64,000 nucleotides of DNA from Octopus sinensis (GCF_006345805.1 NC_042999.1:56668001-56732000); one strand, 5' to 3'; shown: positions 1 through 13,039, counted from the stretch's first letter. Numbers and translations: made by a program. Notes: a model not told the origin generated them from the sequence alone.

Positions 1-1170
1 ATACCTTGAAACATCTAACGACTGAATGCTAAAGCTCGTTGAAAGCCACAGGAGACGTAAGAAGCTTCATTCTGTTATAAAAGAGGGCAAACACTTTGCT
101 TGTGAGTTTATGCATAATGCCCAGGTTGAACAGCATGGAGGAAGTTTGGCAACTGTAGTTGCAAAGAAGGTGAAATCGATAGCAAAGCAAAATGCATTTG
201 AACAATTAGCTGATAGGTGGGAACAAAAACCTCTGCATGGCAAATGTACGGGCCGTAGCAAACAAGCTGATGTAGACCAGAAACACGCCCATCAGTGGTT
301 ACAGAGGACAGAGCTAAAGGTAGAGAGTGAAGGCTTTATCTTGGCTGCTCAAGATTAGAGCTTATTGACCCAGATCTATCAAGCTAATGTGATGAAAAAT
401 AGAGTAGACCCAAAGTGCCGATACTGCAACGATGGGATTGAAACAGTGAACCACCTAATCTCTGGGTGTAAGGTTTTAGCACCAGTAGAGTATAAATCAA
501 GCCATGGCAGAGTTGGCCAGTATCTACACTGGATAATGTGTCGGCATTATAAAATTAAAACTGCTGACAAATGGTACAAGCACCACCCTGAGGCTGTAAC
601 TGAGGGAGAAAATGTAACGATTCTTTGAGACTTTCCCGGACTATCAAGGTAAATAAACCAGATATTGTTATGAAAGACAAAAACAATAAAGTCTGTTTAT
701 TGATTGACATGAGCATACCCAGTGACCATAATATCTCGGCAAAAGAATTTAATAAGCTCAGAAAATATAAAGATTTGTTAATCGAAATCGAAAAGATGTA
801 GCATCTCAAGACGGTTACAATACCAGTGATTGTAGGAGCACTTGGAACGATCAAAACACTGAAAATTATTTAAGAATGATCCCTGCCTTACCATCCAAGC
901 AGGAAGTGCAAAAGATTGTCTTAACTTGGACGTCACACGTATTGGGAAGAGCATTGTAAATTTTCTTTCTTTTACCCCCTTTATTTTATTTGTTTACTTT
1001 TTTATATTTTTCCCCTTTTCTCTCTGTCTTTCTTCACCTTTTTCTCTATCACATGACTTTGTAAATGAACAATCTGGTGTGTTTATTTTGATGGCCTACC
1101 AATGTATATAGTGAGTTTCTCTGCTCTAGGTGTCAGGAAGACACTCAGCAAGAAATAGAAACAAAATTGA
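1..1170 (+). mobile_element. R4/Dong-type non-LTR retrotransposon, 3' part (CCHC knuckle, restriction-like endonuclease, 3' UTR), decayed
   Basis: ORFs 26-358 and 365-628 give CRYC..ETVNHLISGC (CCHC), then KPDIVMKD and EFNKLRKYKDL (PD..D..E/K endonuclease motifs), with stops. Followed by (AAT)n. Closely similar to the minus-strand copy at 38347-39540. Confidence 0.88.
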
Positions 1171-1249
1171 AATATGTTGGTGATAATAATAATAATAATA
1201 ATAACAACAACAACAACAATGCTGATGGTGATAATAATAATTAGAGCTA

Positions 1250-4245
1250 GAAGCTATTAAAAGAAAGATATCGCGTGATGTTGGGCATGCGAAAAATGGA
1301 AGTGGTATAGTGGAAGAGATGGACAGTTGTTCCCAAGAATATACTACCGTGAATTGTGAAAGAATTGAGATCAGTGACTACTCAAACAATGAAGATCGAT
1401 TAATAATAGACAGAATTAAATACAGAAGGGACAGAATTTATGTGCGACTTTAAGAAGGCTAACCAATAGAGACTAAATCAAGAGACGAGTAAAGTCAATA
1501 ATGTATTGAGACACATTGAAACAAAGAACATCACACAACAAATAATCTTATCCAGTCTGCTAGTAGTATTGTGGCGGAAAGGATAGGATTGAGAACTACT
1601 GAGAACAGAACATTGACGGATAGAAGAGGAAATAAACAACTGTGGCGGAAAAGGAGAAGTTCAGAAGATATAAACTCCTTGAACAGTGTAGTGTCAATAG
1701 TTGCCAGGAAAAGAAATGGAGAACTGAAGAATGAATGGAAATTTGAAAAAGTTAGGAAGAAGTGTGGTATAGATACAAAAGGCCTGAATGTTGTAATTGA
1801 AGAACTGAAGCAGTGCATACTTGCAAAAGAAGCAAAGCCAGGTGTGAACAACGGATTAAGCAATACCGGTAAAACTAATTGTTTAGAACCGACCAAAAAA
1901 GATTTTATCAAGAAAGATAAATGATGATAAATCTGGGTTAAGATATGGAGTAAGCAAGAACAACATAACACTACAGTTGAATGGCTCTGCAGCCTGAGGC
2001 AAACGGCTTCTTATCCCCAGCAAGAGGCTGTCCACTTCACAGAAAACAGTATCAGAAATATGAGTAAAAAGATAAGCAATTGGAAAGCAACAGGACTTGA
2101 TAGTGTACAGGGATTTTGGATAAAAAAAAAGTTCAGTAGTTGCCATAAATGGATCGCAGAACAATTTAATTCATTGATCAATGGAGAAGAAGAAATCCCG
2201 GGCTGGTTGACAATAGGACGAATGGTGTTGTGCCTGAAGGATACATCAAAGGGAAATGCTGCTGACAATTACAGTCCAATATCCTACTTCCCGTTAATGT
2301 GGAATTAACTGTCAGGAGGAATTGCAGAAGAACTGTATAAATTTCTTGATGAGAACAATATATTACCGCCGGAACAAAAAGGCTGTAGAAGGAGATGCAG
2401 AGGTACCAAAGAGCAACTATTGATAGACAAAATGGTAATGCAAGATTGTAAACGGAGGAGAACAAATCTTGGAATGGCCTAGATTGACTATCGCAGAGCT
2501 TATATGATTTCACATTCGTGGATCATCGAGTGCTTAGATCTGTTTGGAATTGCGAGGAATGTAACGTGTTTCCTCAAGAGAAGTATGGTGGGGTGGAAAA
2601 CTGAACTGACATCTTACGGAAAAAGCTTGGGCACCGTAGATATCAGAAGAGGGATTTTCCAGGGTGACAGTTTATCTCCGTTGCTTTTTGTTCTCTGCAT
2701 GATACCCCAAGGTACTCAGGAAAATGAACCTGGGGTATCAGCTAAAGGAAAATCCCAAACAATCAACCACCTCCTCTTCATGGATGATTTGAAGTTGTAT
2801 GACAAAATGAGACACAAGTGAGTTCTGATATTAGAATGGAATTTGAACTCAAGAAGTGCGGAGTAATCTTCCTAAAAAGGGGCAAGATACAGTCCTTGGC
2901 AGGGATAGAATTACCGATTAGAGACTTGACAAAGGAAACTGAAACGGAAGGATACAAATACCTTGGTGTACTAAACGTCAACGAGATAATTGAAAAGGAA
3001 ATGAGGACGGAATATTTCCGAAGATTATGCGCTCAAAATTGACTGGATGGAAAAAATCCAAGCAGCTAATACATGGGCGATGGCGGGAATAATAAAATGG
3101 CAAAAGAGACAAGTGATGAAAATGGATACGAAGACCAGAAAAATGTTGACAGTAAACGTAAACTTCCACCTTAGGAGTGACACCGATAGGCTGTACTTGT
3201 CCAGAAGAAAGGGTTGGAGAGGTTCAATCAGTTGCCAGGACTGTATCGAAGCAGGGGAAAACAGCTTAGGGTGGTATATAAAAAATGCTGTGGAGCCACT
3301 GTTGAAACACAGGAAGAAGCCCGGCATTATCAAAACTGAGAATTGTGTAATAAAAGAAAAAGTTAAACAAGAAATGGACAAAAAAAAAGAAAAAAGAAAA
3401 GGCATGGAAGGAAAAAAATGTCCGGTTAGTTTACAAGAGATATGAACGTCAAGACACATATATAGGACCGGTGGTAATGGATGAGGAGGAGTGACCTGAA
3501 GATGGAGTCAGAAGCACTCATATGCACAGCTCAAGAACAAGCGTTAAGGACCAACTATGTGAAGTGCTGAATAGACAACACTACCGATAGTGACAAATAC
3601 AGAATGTGTGGTGAAAGGGGTGAAACGGCATGGCACATCATTGGCGAATGCCCGAAATTGGCACAACGCGAATACAAAAGACGCCATGACAACGTGGTAA
3701 GAACGATCCATTGGGAACTCTGTGGAAATTGCGGTCTACAAAAGGCAAAGACGTTGTATGAGCAAACCCCAAAAGGAGTCACTGAAAAGGAGAATTGCAA
3801 AATCCTGTGGAATGCAATGATCCAGTACGATCACCTGACCAGATATTGGAAACCGGACATTATTTTTGGTGAATAACAAAGGAAGAACATACATGATAGT
3901 CGATACAATATGCCCTAGGGACAACAGGATCAATGTGAAAGAAGAAAAAGATAGACAAGTATGAAGATTTGAAGTGGGAAATACGAATGAGGAGAGTAGA
4001 CATGATACCAATAGTAATTGGTGCACTTGGAAGTATCAGCACTCAACTATCAACGTGGCTGAAAACGTTGGTGCAAGTAAGAAGGTAAAACACCTACAAA
4101 AACCAGCATTGCTTGGAACTGCAAGAATTCTTCGCAGGGTTCTTGAAGCATGACCAGTAAACAAGTGTTCCCTTAGTCTGCTGGCTGTGGACAGCTAATA
4201 CTTTCCACCATACCCAGCAATATAAGCTGAGAGTTTTCGAGAAAA
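1250..4245 (+). mobile_element. R4/Dong-type non-LTR retrotransposon (second subfamily), RT to RLE, frameshifted
   Basis: EQKGCRR, GIFQGDSLSPLLF, HLLFMDDLKLY (RT); CGERGETAWHIIGEC (CCHC); KPDI (RLE). Many stops and frameshifts. Preceded by (AAT)/(AAC) repeats. Confidence 0.9.
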
Positions 4246-5430
4246 ATACTGGCTTCAATGCTGAATGCCAGAAACATAATTTCGACAAAAAGCACGCGCG
4301 CGGTCGCAGTAGCTCGGGGTGGCGTTGGAATCCTGAAGTGGTCAGAGAAAGAGCTAAAGGAGATGGACAGGAAGTCAAGAAAGCTCCTAAAGATGCATGG
4401 AGCTCATCATCCATGTGCAGACACTGACCGCCTATACATGAAGAGAAAATGGAGGAAGAAGACTGATAAGTGTGGAAGATTGTGTAAGTATCGAATTCGA
4501 GAGGTTAATGAGATACCTAGCCCAAAGTAAGGAAACCTTGCTAGTGTCAGTTAGAAACGAGGGAGTATTGAAAGCAGAGAGAAAAAAAGGAAGAAGTACA
4601 AAAAGGACACGAAGAAGAATTACGCAACAAGGGGCTACACAATCAGTTCCAACAGAATTGGCTGGTAAAAATTGGGGGGATTAGCTGAAGAAAGGATCAT
4701 TAAAACAAGAGACCGAGACCACTATACTGGCGGCGCAAGACCAAGCTTTGGCCACAAACTGGAGGGTCAATCTTGGGAATGAGCAAGTGTCATCACTAAG
4801 CCGCATCTGTAATAGAGTGGATGAAACCATTGCCCATATCACGAACGAATGCCCTAGACTTGCCCAAAATCACTACAAGCTGTGGCGACATGGTCAGGTA
4901 GCGAAAGTGCTACACTGGAAACTGTGTGAAAAGTGGGGGCTAGAGAGAGGCAAGACGTGGTATGAGCACAAACTGCAGAGAGGGGCGAGTCGGAGACTAG
5001 CAAAATCCTCTGGGATTTCCCGATCCAACCAGATCAGGTACTAGAGCATAACAGACCGGACCTAGTGGTGGTCGACAAGGTGCTATGTATTGATGTTCCA
5101 TGCCCCTTTGGTGCACGAATAGTCACGAAAGAAGGCGAAAAGATAGATAGATACAACCCTCTTAAGTACGAAATAGCCCGACTATGAAAAATGAAGAAGG
5201 TGAAGATAGTGCCAATTGTTGTTGGATCCTTGGGGACAGTATGAGAAGTCATCAAGGGGAATATCAAGGAAACTGGAATAGAGTTTGCCTCCTTTGGCAC
5301 GGACAGAATCATCAGGAAAGTACTACATAGCTGAAAAGAATTGATATCATGGTTCCGTAGGCTGCAGGTAGCAACCCGTAATGCATGCAAGACTCCAAGA
5401 GTTCCAACAAAACCTGTGATAAAGAGAAAT
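4246..5430 (+). mobile_element. R4/Dong-type non-LTR retrotransposon (third subfamily), 5'-truncated, thumb to RLE
   Basis: ILKWSEKELKEMDRKSRKLL..HHPCADTDRLY (thumb); ICNRVDETIAHITNEC (CCHC); RPDLVVVDK-type and VPIVVGSLG-type RLE segments. Ends in (TAC)n(TAA)n. Confidence 0.85.
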
Positions 5431-5440
5431 ACTACTATAA

Positions 5441-5497
<57 letters not shown>

Positions 5498-5527
5498 GAT
5501 AATAATAATAATAATAATAATAATAAT

Positions 5528-5862
5528 TCTTTATTAGCCACAGGGGCTCACATACAAAACATTAATTGACATACAACATAAAAGACAAAAACAGGACGAT
5601 ACAATGGGTTTTACTGCGTGTACACAATATAATAACAATAAAAATTGAACAAATTAAAACTCCCAATAGGGGAGGCAGTTTAAGGTCCTTTTAGAAAACC
5701 CCACAAAAGCCACAGGGCAAGAGTCCTTCTCCTTTGATTGCCTTTTTACAGATGCACGCTCAGAATTGGTCCTTTCACAGTGGCCATTCTTCCAACATTC
5801 ACCCACCTTTCAAAAAACTTGCTACAAGGCAACACTTCCCTCTCCAACCTCAACTTCCTTAA
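5528..5862 (-). mobile_element. Probable L1/Tx1-like LINE 3' end
   Basis: Minus frame reads LRKLRLEREVLPCSKFFERWVNVGRMATVKGPILSVHL*, resembling the L1/Tx1 C-terminal ER..L....F..RW pattern. The 3' UTR ends AATAAAAG plus (ATT)n. The same tail recurs at 35086-35253. Confidence 0.5.
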
Positions 5863-5884
5863 TGGCGATGATAATAATAATAAT

Positions 5885-5960
<76 letters not shown>

Positions 5961-6013
5961 TGATGATGATGATGATAATAATAATAAAATAATAATAATA
6001 ATAATAATAATAA

Positions 6014-6044
<31 letters not shown>

Positions 6045-6051
6045 AAGAAGA

Positions 6052-6606
6052 AATGCCCTGATGCAGTACCAGGCAGTGGCTCTCATGCTTCTGATCTTAA
6101 CTAATTGGAAGTGTTATCATGTACATTGTTTTGTCTTGGTATAAAAGATGGGCTACAGCAAATGTTCTGCTCAATACCACAGATTTGCTTGTCAGTTGTT
6201 TGACCTTAACCAGTTGAGCATGTCCCTTCGTGGCTGACAATATGTGCATCTCTGATCACGAACAGAAGTAGTGGGGGAGCATCATAGCCATGTGTTGAGA
6301 GGGATTCTTTGGGGTTTGAATAATCCACCTCTGGAAACATGGGTGTTTTGTTCATCATCCTTAAACAACCTTTATTCAGGGACTTTCTGAGGGGGTTGGG
6401 CTTCTCAACTTAAAGAAAATTCTAACTGGACCCCACCTGCAAGATCATTCGCTGTTTACCTTTATATGATATCACCATGTCGCGCACATATGGTTGAGAT
6501 GCATGTGCCTAGTGTACCCGTATCAGACGAGTAGTCATCATGGGTATACTGGGCTTCGTATATTTTACCCCAGTGTCACTTTGATGGCATGCACTGCTCT
6601 CTCACT
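6052..6606 (+). mobile_element. About 550 bp non-coding interspersed repeat with (AAT)n tail (unclassified retroposon or LINE 3' UTR)
   Basis: Reverse-complement copy at 32413-32948; both copies are flanked by microsatellite. Confidence 0.75.
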
Positions 6607-6635
6607 CAATAATAATAATAATAATAATAATAATG

Positions 6636-6714
<79 letters not shown>

Positions 6715-7659
6715 CAGAGGTACAGGCTATGGGAGAGTAGGGCATGAAGGAAAACAAAAAGTATACCAGCGTTTACAGATCTACACAGAAAGAGGAGAAG
6801 AAGAAGAAGAAGAAGAAGAAGAAGAGAAGAAGAAGAGAAGAAGAAGAGAAGAAGAAGAAGAAGAAGAAGAAGAAAACGTTGGTGGTGTTGATCATGATGC
6901 TGACAATAGTATTGTTAATGATGATGACCTTAATGATGATGGAGGTAGGGTGGGTGTGGGATGGAGCGCAGGTAGTGTTGGTGGTGATGATGCTGATGAT
7001 GATGACGAATGATGCCGCCACCACTGCGTTATGCTACAGCTTGTTGTTGCTGCATTTTTATGCACACCAGAAAATTCCGAGGAAAAGAACATTAGGTGGC
7101 ATCATCATCATCATCATCATCGCTATTGTTGTCGTCATAATGATGATGATGATGATGACCATCGTCACAACTACCACCACCATAACCACCGCTTCCACAA
7201 CAACCACAATCACCACCACCACCACAACCACCATCACAACCACCATTGTCATCATCATCATCATCATCATCATCATCAATGTGTAAAGAATAAAAGACTT
7301 CTACATTTTGATTCAATTTTCCCAGAGATTAACTGCAGTGAATAGAAATGTAAGTGAAGGAATGGCGACAGTTTAGACAAGAATCGCATTACATGCAGAG
7401 CAGTACGTATGCGTAGATGGGTGTGCGCGCGTGTATGTGCGTGTGAACGTAAGTCTGTATGTATGTATGAATGTATGTATGTATGTATGTATGCATGCAT
7501 GTATGTATGTATGTATGTATGTATGTATGTATGTATGTATGTATGTATGTATGTATGTATGTATGTATGCATGTATGTATGTATGCATGTATGTATCTAT
7601 GCATGTATGTATGTTTGTTTGTATGTATGTATGTATGTATGTATGTATGTATGCTTGTG

Positions 7660-7699
<40 letters not shown>

Positions 7700-7704
<5 letters not shown>

Positions 7705-7822
7705 CGTGTATGTCATTATTCAGTTTATTTCAAGATTTCTTGCCAATAGAGAAAGAACCGGTTCCTATCTAAGATCCGAGGTTCCTTCATTGGAATTTCA
7801 ACATCAACAACAGGGAATTTTT
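7700..7822 (+). mobile_element. 3' tail of a (TATG)n-tailed RLE-type retroposon
   Basis: Matches the reverse complement of 31705-31810, which is joined to an R4-type RT fragment. Confidence 0.6.
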
Positions 7823-7892
7823 TTGTATGTATGTATGTATGTTGTATGTATGTATGTATGTATGTATGTATGTATGTATGTATGTATGTATG

Positions 7893-7932
<40 letters not shown>

Positions 7933-7934
<2 letters not shown>

Positions 7935-10236
7935 TGTGTACAGTGCTCAGGTGCACTACAACTCATCTAAAGTGTATATATAATCAGGTGTAGTTTCGGC
8001 GGATTTCGGAAAGCATGAGGGCTTTAAAGGATGCAGTGTCATGGCAGTCAACAACTGACGCAGGCAGTTTATTCCATGCTTCAGCAACTCTGAGCGTGAA
8101 AAAATGTTTCCGAAAGTCATGGGAGCTGTGTTGTTTTCTGACTTTGTAGGCATGCCCACGTGTGTTAGACACATGGAGATCAAAAAGGTGTTCAGTGTTG
8201 TTGGTGAGGTGGTTGATAACTTTGTAGGTGTTTACCAAGTCCGTCGCCAGACGCCGGAGCTTCAGTGAATCCATGCCCAGGGAAACAAGGCGTTCAGAAT
8301 ATGGTAGGTGTCTGATGGAGGGTATGCGTTTGGTTGCACGTCTCTGGACAGATTCCAGGAAGTCAATGTTCTGAGCAAGATAGGGGTTCCAAACTGATGA
8401 TGCGAATTCCAAGTGTGGTCGTACCATAGCTGTATACAGTTTTAAATAGATGGCTGGAGAGCGGCTAACAAAAATCTTCTTGACAATTTTAGAGATATGC
8501 TTTGTCCAACACAAATCACTGCTGACAGTGATGCCTAGGTCACGCCCGCAAGAGGATTTCTTGATATCAGTGTTGTGGAGGGAGTATGTGGACGCAGGGT
8601 TTTTTCTCCCAAAATGCATGGTGGTACACTTGTCCACAGCCAGTTTCAGTTGCCAGTCTGTGATCCATTGCTGCATTGTGTCTAGGTCTGATTGCAGGAA
8701 AGAGTTGTAGACATCAGGATCTGTCCTCTTGATTCAAGGTACAGCTTGATGTCGTCTGCATATTTCAATACTGTGGCATTCTTTAATTGGCATCTATGTC
8801 ATTAATGTATGCCACAAACAAGAGGGGACCAAGGACGGATCCCTGTGGTACACCCGATGACATCTCATATGGTGTAGAGTGCTGTCCTAGAACTGTGACT
8901 ACCTCCTTTCGGCTGAGGATGAAGGATTTCAACCAGTTAAAAAGGTCATCCCTCACCCCCATTGCAGAGAGTTTCACCATAAGCCTTTTGTGTGGCACAG
9001 AGTTGAAAGCCTTAGCAAAGTCAAGGTAGACAACATCCACCCATGAGCCACTGTCAGTGATTTGAGTAATGTCCTCAAGGAACTCAACAAGCTGATCACT
9101 GCAGCTGGAGTTAGGGACAAATCCATATTGTTGAGGGTCGGATGAGACTGTGAGAGCTCCAGAAGTTCCAGAGTGTTTCTCTGACACACGATTCCATCAT
9201 TTTGCAATACAGTTAGTAAGACTGACTGGGCGATAGTTGACAGGTGATGTGCGGTCCGCCCTGTTTGAACAGAGGAATGACACTGGCAGTTTTCACTGCT
9301 CCGGAGTAGCACCATTGTTGAGACAGTACTGGAAGAAAATAGAAAGCTGGTGTAAAAGGAAGTACCTGCCACGTTTGAGAAGCAGGTATGTAACTCCATC
9401 GAGACCAGGGGAGGCATAGTTGCGCTTATTTTGAAGGTGACGTCGCAGCATTGCAGGTGTAAATTCCATTGTTGTTATGGAATTTGCTGTTAGTGATGGT
9501 GAAGATGGTACATTTTGACTTTCAACAGTGAAATGTTTGCATAGACTCGGCAATGAGTTCTGCGCATTCCTTGGGGTCGTCAGTGATCTGGTTTGTGTGA
9601 GGGTTGCGAAGAGGGCCCACTGGAGAGTGAGGTCTCTGCTTTGAATGCACATATTTCCAGAAAACCTTGCTGTCAGGATTGGCTGCTATGCACTGTTAAA
9701 TTCAAGCACTGCTTTTTTTGTCACTTGCTTGAGATGGTTGGAAGATTTATTCCGCTTCTTCCCTGTTGGTGTCTGATTTATGCAACTTGTATTCCCGTTC
9801 AGCAGTCCGACGTTCCTTCCTGGCAAGTCGGACCGCTGAAGTTTCCAAATTGCCCTTTTGGGGCGGTTTCTTCTTTTTCTGTTTACGTGGCACTGATGCT
9901 GCACATGCTGCCCATATTGAGTCCAGATACTCTGGAGTATAGTATTCACATCTCCAGAGTTGTAGAATTCACGCCAGTTTGGGTGCTGTAGTTCAGTGTG
10001 GTACAGGTTCCAATCTGCTCTCTTCCAATCGAAGGAAGCAGATTGGAGATGGTTCAGGTTTTTGTTGCCCGCAAGAGCCAGATTGGCGATGATCATAGCA
10101 TGATCAGAGTCACCTAGAGGTTCCTCCGTAGTGCAATTGATAACCGCTTCAGGAGTTGTGGTGAAGAGCAGGTCCAAGGTGCTGTCGCCTCTTGTTGGAG
10201 AGGTGACTACTTGTGACCAGTTTGAGTCCAGTACAA
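7933..10236 (-). mobile_element. CR1-clade LINE, 5'-truncated (APE C-terminus, RT, C-terminus)
   Basis: DLLFT..EEPLGDSDHAMI (APE); QQYGFVPNSSC, VVYLDFAKAFNSVPH, GVPQGSVLGPLLF, YADDIK-type (RT); RPHLEFASSVWNP, NTRGH..K (CR1 C-terminus). Tail runs into (TTA)n on the sense strand. Confidence 0.92.
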
Positions 10237-11132
10237 GCTCATGTATGTATGTATGCAGATTCGTATGTTTTGCTTTATGTATGTATTCTCATGCATATGG
10301 TTGCATATCTAGACATGCTCATGTATATTTATGCGTGTATGTATGTAAGCATGACCTGTACAAAGGCCGTATTCACAGGCAATTTCTCGTGGGGAACCTT
10401 CCTCTCTCATGTATCTACTACACTGTTTTGTTCATCCTGGGCCGGCATCACGCGTGGTCAACTTACGTTTTGATGTTGATTTACTATCAAGAGACAAATA
10501 TTTCCGAAGTCACTCCGAGGCTGCCCCTCTTGCAGTACACGGGGCTGAGGATAGCCAAGAAGCGATAAATGGATTCCCTTTGAGCCAAAATCCGAAACCA
10601 TTAAATTACCAAATATCTCCTCAAATATCAATACATGTTGCCACTTATACCATGTGACACTGTATATCACCTGATAGTTCATACCACGTGATATTGTATA
10701 CTATATGTCACAGCATACCACCTGACACTGTATACTATGTGACGCGGTATGCTACCATAACAAGTAAGGTCTGATTTAGATCTGTCAGCGATGACATTCC
10801 GGTGGTGACATCTCCATCTGTTTTTAGACGCGGGTGATACAGAGACTAAATCATCTAATGCCTGTCCTTGACTGGAGGAAAATATGACCGCTATTTCTAG
10901 TAGCTCGAACGTCCTCATAGAGCTTTTCTCTCGTAACAGTATCTGTAACTATGAGTGATGATGATGATGATGATGATGATGATGACGGTAGTAGTAGCGA
11001 TGGCCATGACAACAATGACGACGATGACACGCACACACCTTTGTACATATGTGTTTGTGTGTTTGTGTGCGATATATACACACACACTAACACGTATGTC
11101 CATATGTAAATGTTTGTATGTGTGTATATATT

Positions 11133-11472
11133 GAGACCCCCTTCGGTCACGACACTGACCATGGGATTACACCTAGAAAGTTACCCTCTCAGGCACAATT
11201 CTGGGCAAGATTGTTTATGGAAGACCAGCAGTCGTCTATGCATACCGGCCTCTCCTCTCCACGCCACCAGTCTTATCCAAGGGAAAGGCAAATGGGCCAA
11301 TACAGCTTGGTACCTGTGACGTCGCAACTCATTTCTGCAGCTGAGCGAACTGGTGCAACGTGAAATAAAGTGTCTTGCTCAAGAACACAACACGCAGCCA
11401 GGTCCGGGATTCGAACTTACAACCTCGCGATCGTAAGCTCGACGCACTAACCACTGAGCCATGCGCCTTCAC
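11133..11472 (-). mobile_element. tRNA-derived SINE (family D)
   Basis: Head GTGAAGGCGCATGGCTCAGTGG (A box) and GTTCGAATCC (B box), then the central domain TTGAGCAAGACACTTTATTTCAC shared with family C; the tail differs from C. Confidence 0.85.
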
Positions 11473-11506
11473 AGTGTGTGTATACACACACACACACACA
11501 CACAAC

Positions 11507-11596
<90 letters not shown>

Positions 11597-12395
11597 TACA
11601 TATATAGATATATATATGTAGATAGATATCATATTTATATATATACGCGTCGCATACACCTCGCCCTTGGACCTGACGAGACCTCCCGCCCGTTCCTGGG
11701 ACCGTCGCGTGTCGTTGGGTTTTCCCACGCCTGTCTCCGCGGTACCACTCTTCCATCTTCCCCTCAGCTGGAGTCCTTTTTCCTTACCCCCCCCCCCCTT
11801 TTTCGTTACACACACGCGCACACATATACACACCTTGCCTATATATATACATCACTCTTACACACATTCAATCTACTCATTAATACCACCACGACACTGG
11901 ACACACACACACACTACTACTCAACACACGCTACATACGCCCCCACCCCTTCCCCTCCCTCCCTTCCTCCTTCCTTCTTTTTCTTACTACTGACCTCCCT
12001 TCCTCCTTCCTTCTTTTTCTTACTACTACTGACCTCCCTTCCTCCTTCCTTCTTTTTCTTAGTACTGACCTCGTCTGCTAGCTGACCACTAGTCTCGCCC
12101 TACCTCACACGCCTACACACAGACGCACACACTAACACACACATATATTTTTTTGTTTTCTCATCTCGCCTCACACACACACATACACACACGCACATGC
12201 ACACACTCACACATACACACACATCTGTTGGGTTACCAACCTTGTCTCCACTCTTTTGCCTTGAAAACCCACTTTGCTCTTGTTATCGTCAACATCCGCC
12301 TTTCACCATGTGCAACTCGTAAACACCAGTCGTCTTTTTTCTCTTTCCCTGTTGCCCGCTCTGGGATCTTTCTTTCCTCTCTCTTCCTTCTTTAT

Positions 12396-12430
12396 GTTTC
12401 CGACGAAGAGCTCCGCTCGAAACGTCATAC
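12396..12430 (+). ncRNA. Degenerate minimal hammerhead ribozyme motif in a Penelope-like repeat
   Basis: CCGACGA-A-GAGC-TCC-GCTC-GAAAC-GTC: U4 changed to C, stem I has one mismatch. Paralogue of the 25228 and 35845 motifs. Confidence 0.55.
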
Positions 12431-12899
12431 CTCCCTGCTTCCATCTCCTGAGCGCCTATTAATAATAATACTGTAATTGTTCCTGTTGTTGTTGTTTTTT
12501 TGTTTCCCTTTTGGATTAAAAATATATATATATATATATATATGAGTACATACATACATACATACATACAAACATACATACATACATACATACATACATA
12601 CATACATACATACATAAATCTTGTAATATATACAACGCTATGTTATTGATGCTTGGATATTAATCTAAGAAAAGTGCTCAGTATCCTGGGGTAGAGCGGT
12701 AGAGAAGATAATTGCAGTATCTGCACAGTTAAGTATCAAGTAAATATACTGGATACGATATAATCCAAATGTCCAATGTGTCAGTGTGTGGCGTGGTATC
12801 TGAGTGGCTTTTTTAATGGTTATATATGTAGATAGATGTAATTAGATTTATATATTCAAATATAGCCAGACACACACGTGAGCATGCTTGTACATATGT

Positions 12900-12983
12900 G
12901 TGAGTGTGTGTATGTGTGTGTGTGTATGAGAGAGAGTCTAAGTATACTTACAAACATTCACACATACACACACACACACACAT

Positions 12984-13031
<48 letters not shown>

Positions 13032-13039
13032 ATACATAT

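Noticed and set aside
10340-10920. Unassigned segment with short ORFs and three degenerate roughly 30-bp repeats near 10640-10750
   Set aside because: No motif could be recognised in any frame, so it is left unannotated.
11380-11472. tRNA genes at the SINE heads (also 24474, 37220, 47720, 56457, 63660)
   Set aside because: A and B boxes are present, but each runs into a SINE body and lacks a proper acceptor stem.
11668-11700. CTGACGAG in a GC-rich patch
   Set aside because: There is no matching stem II plus GAAA.
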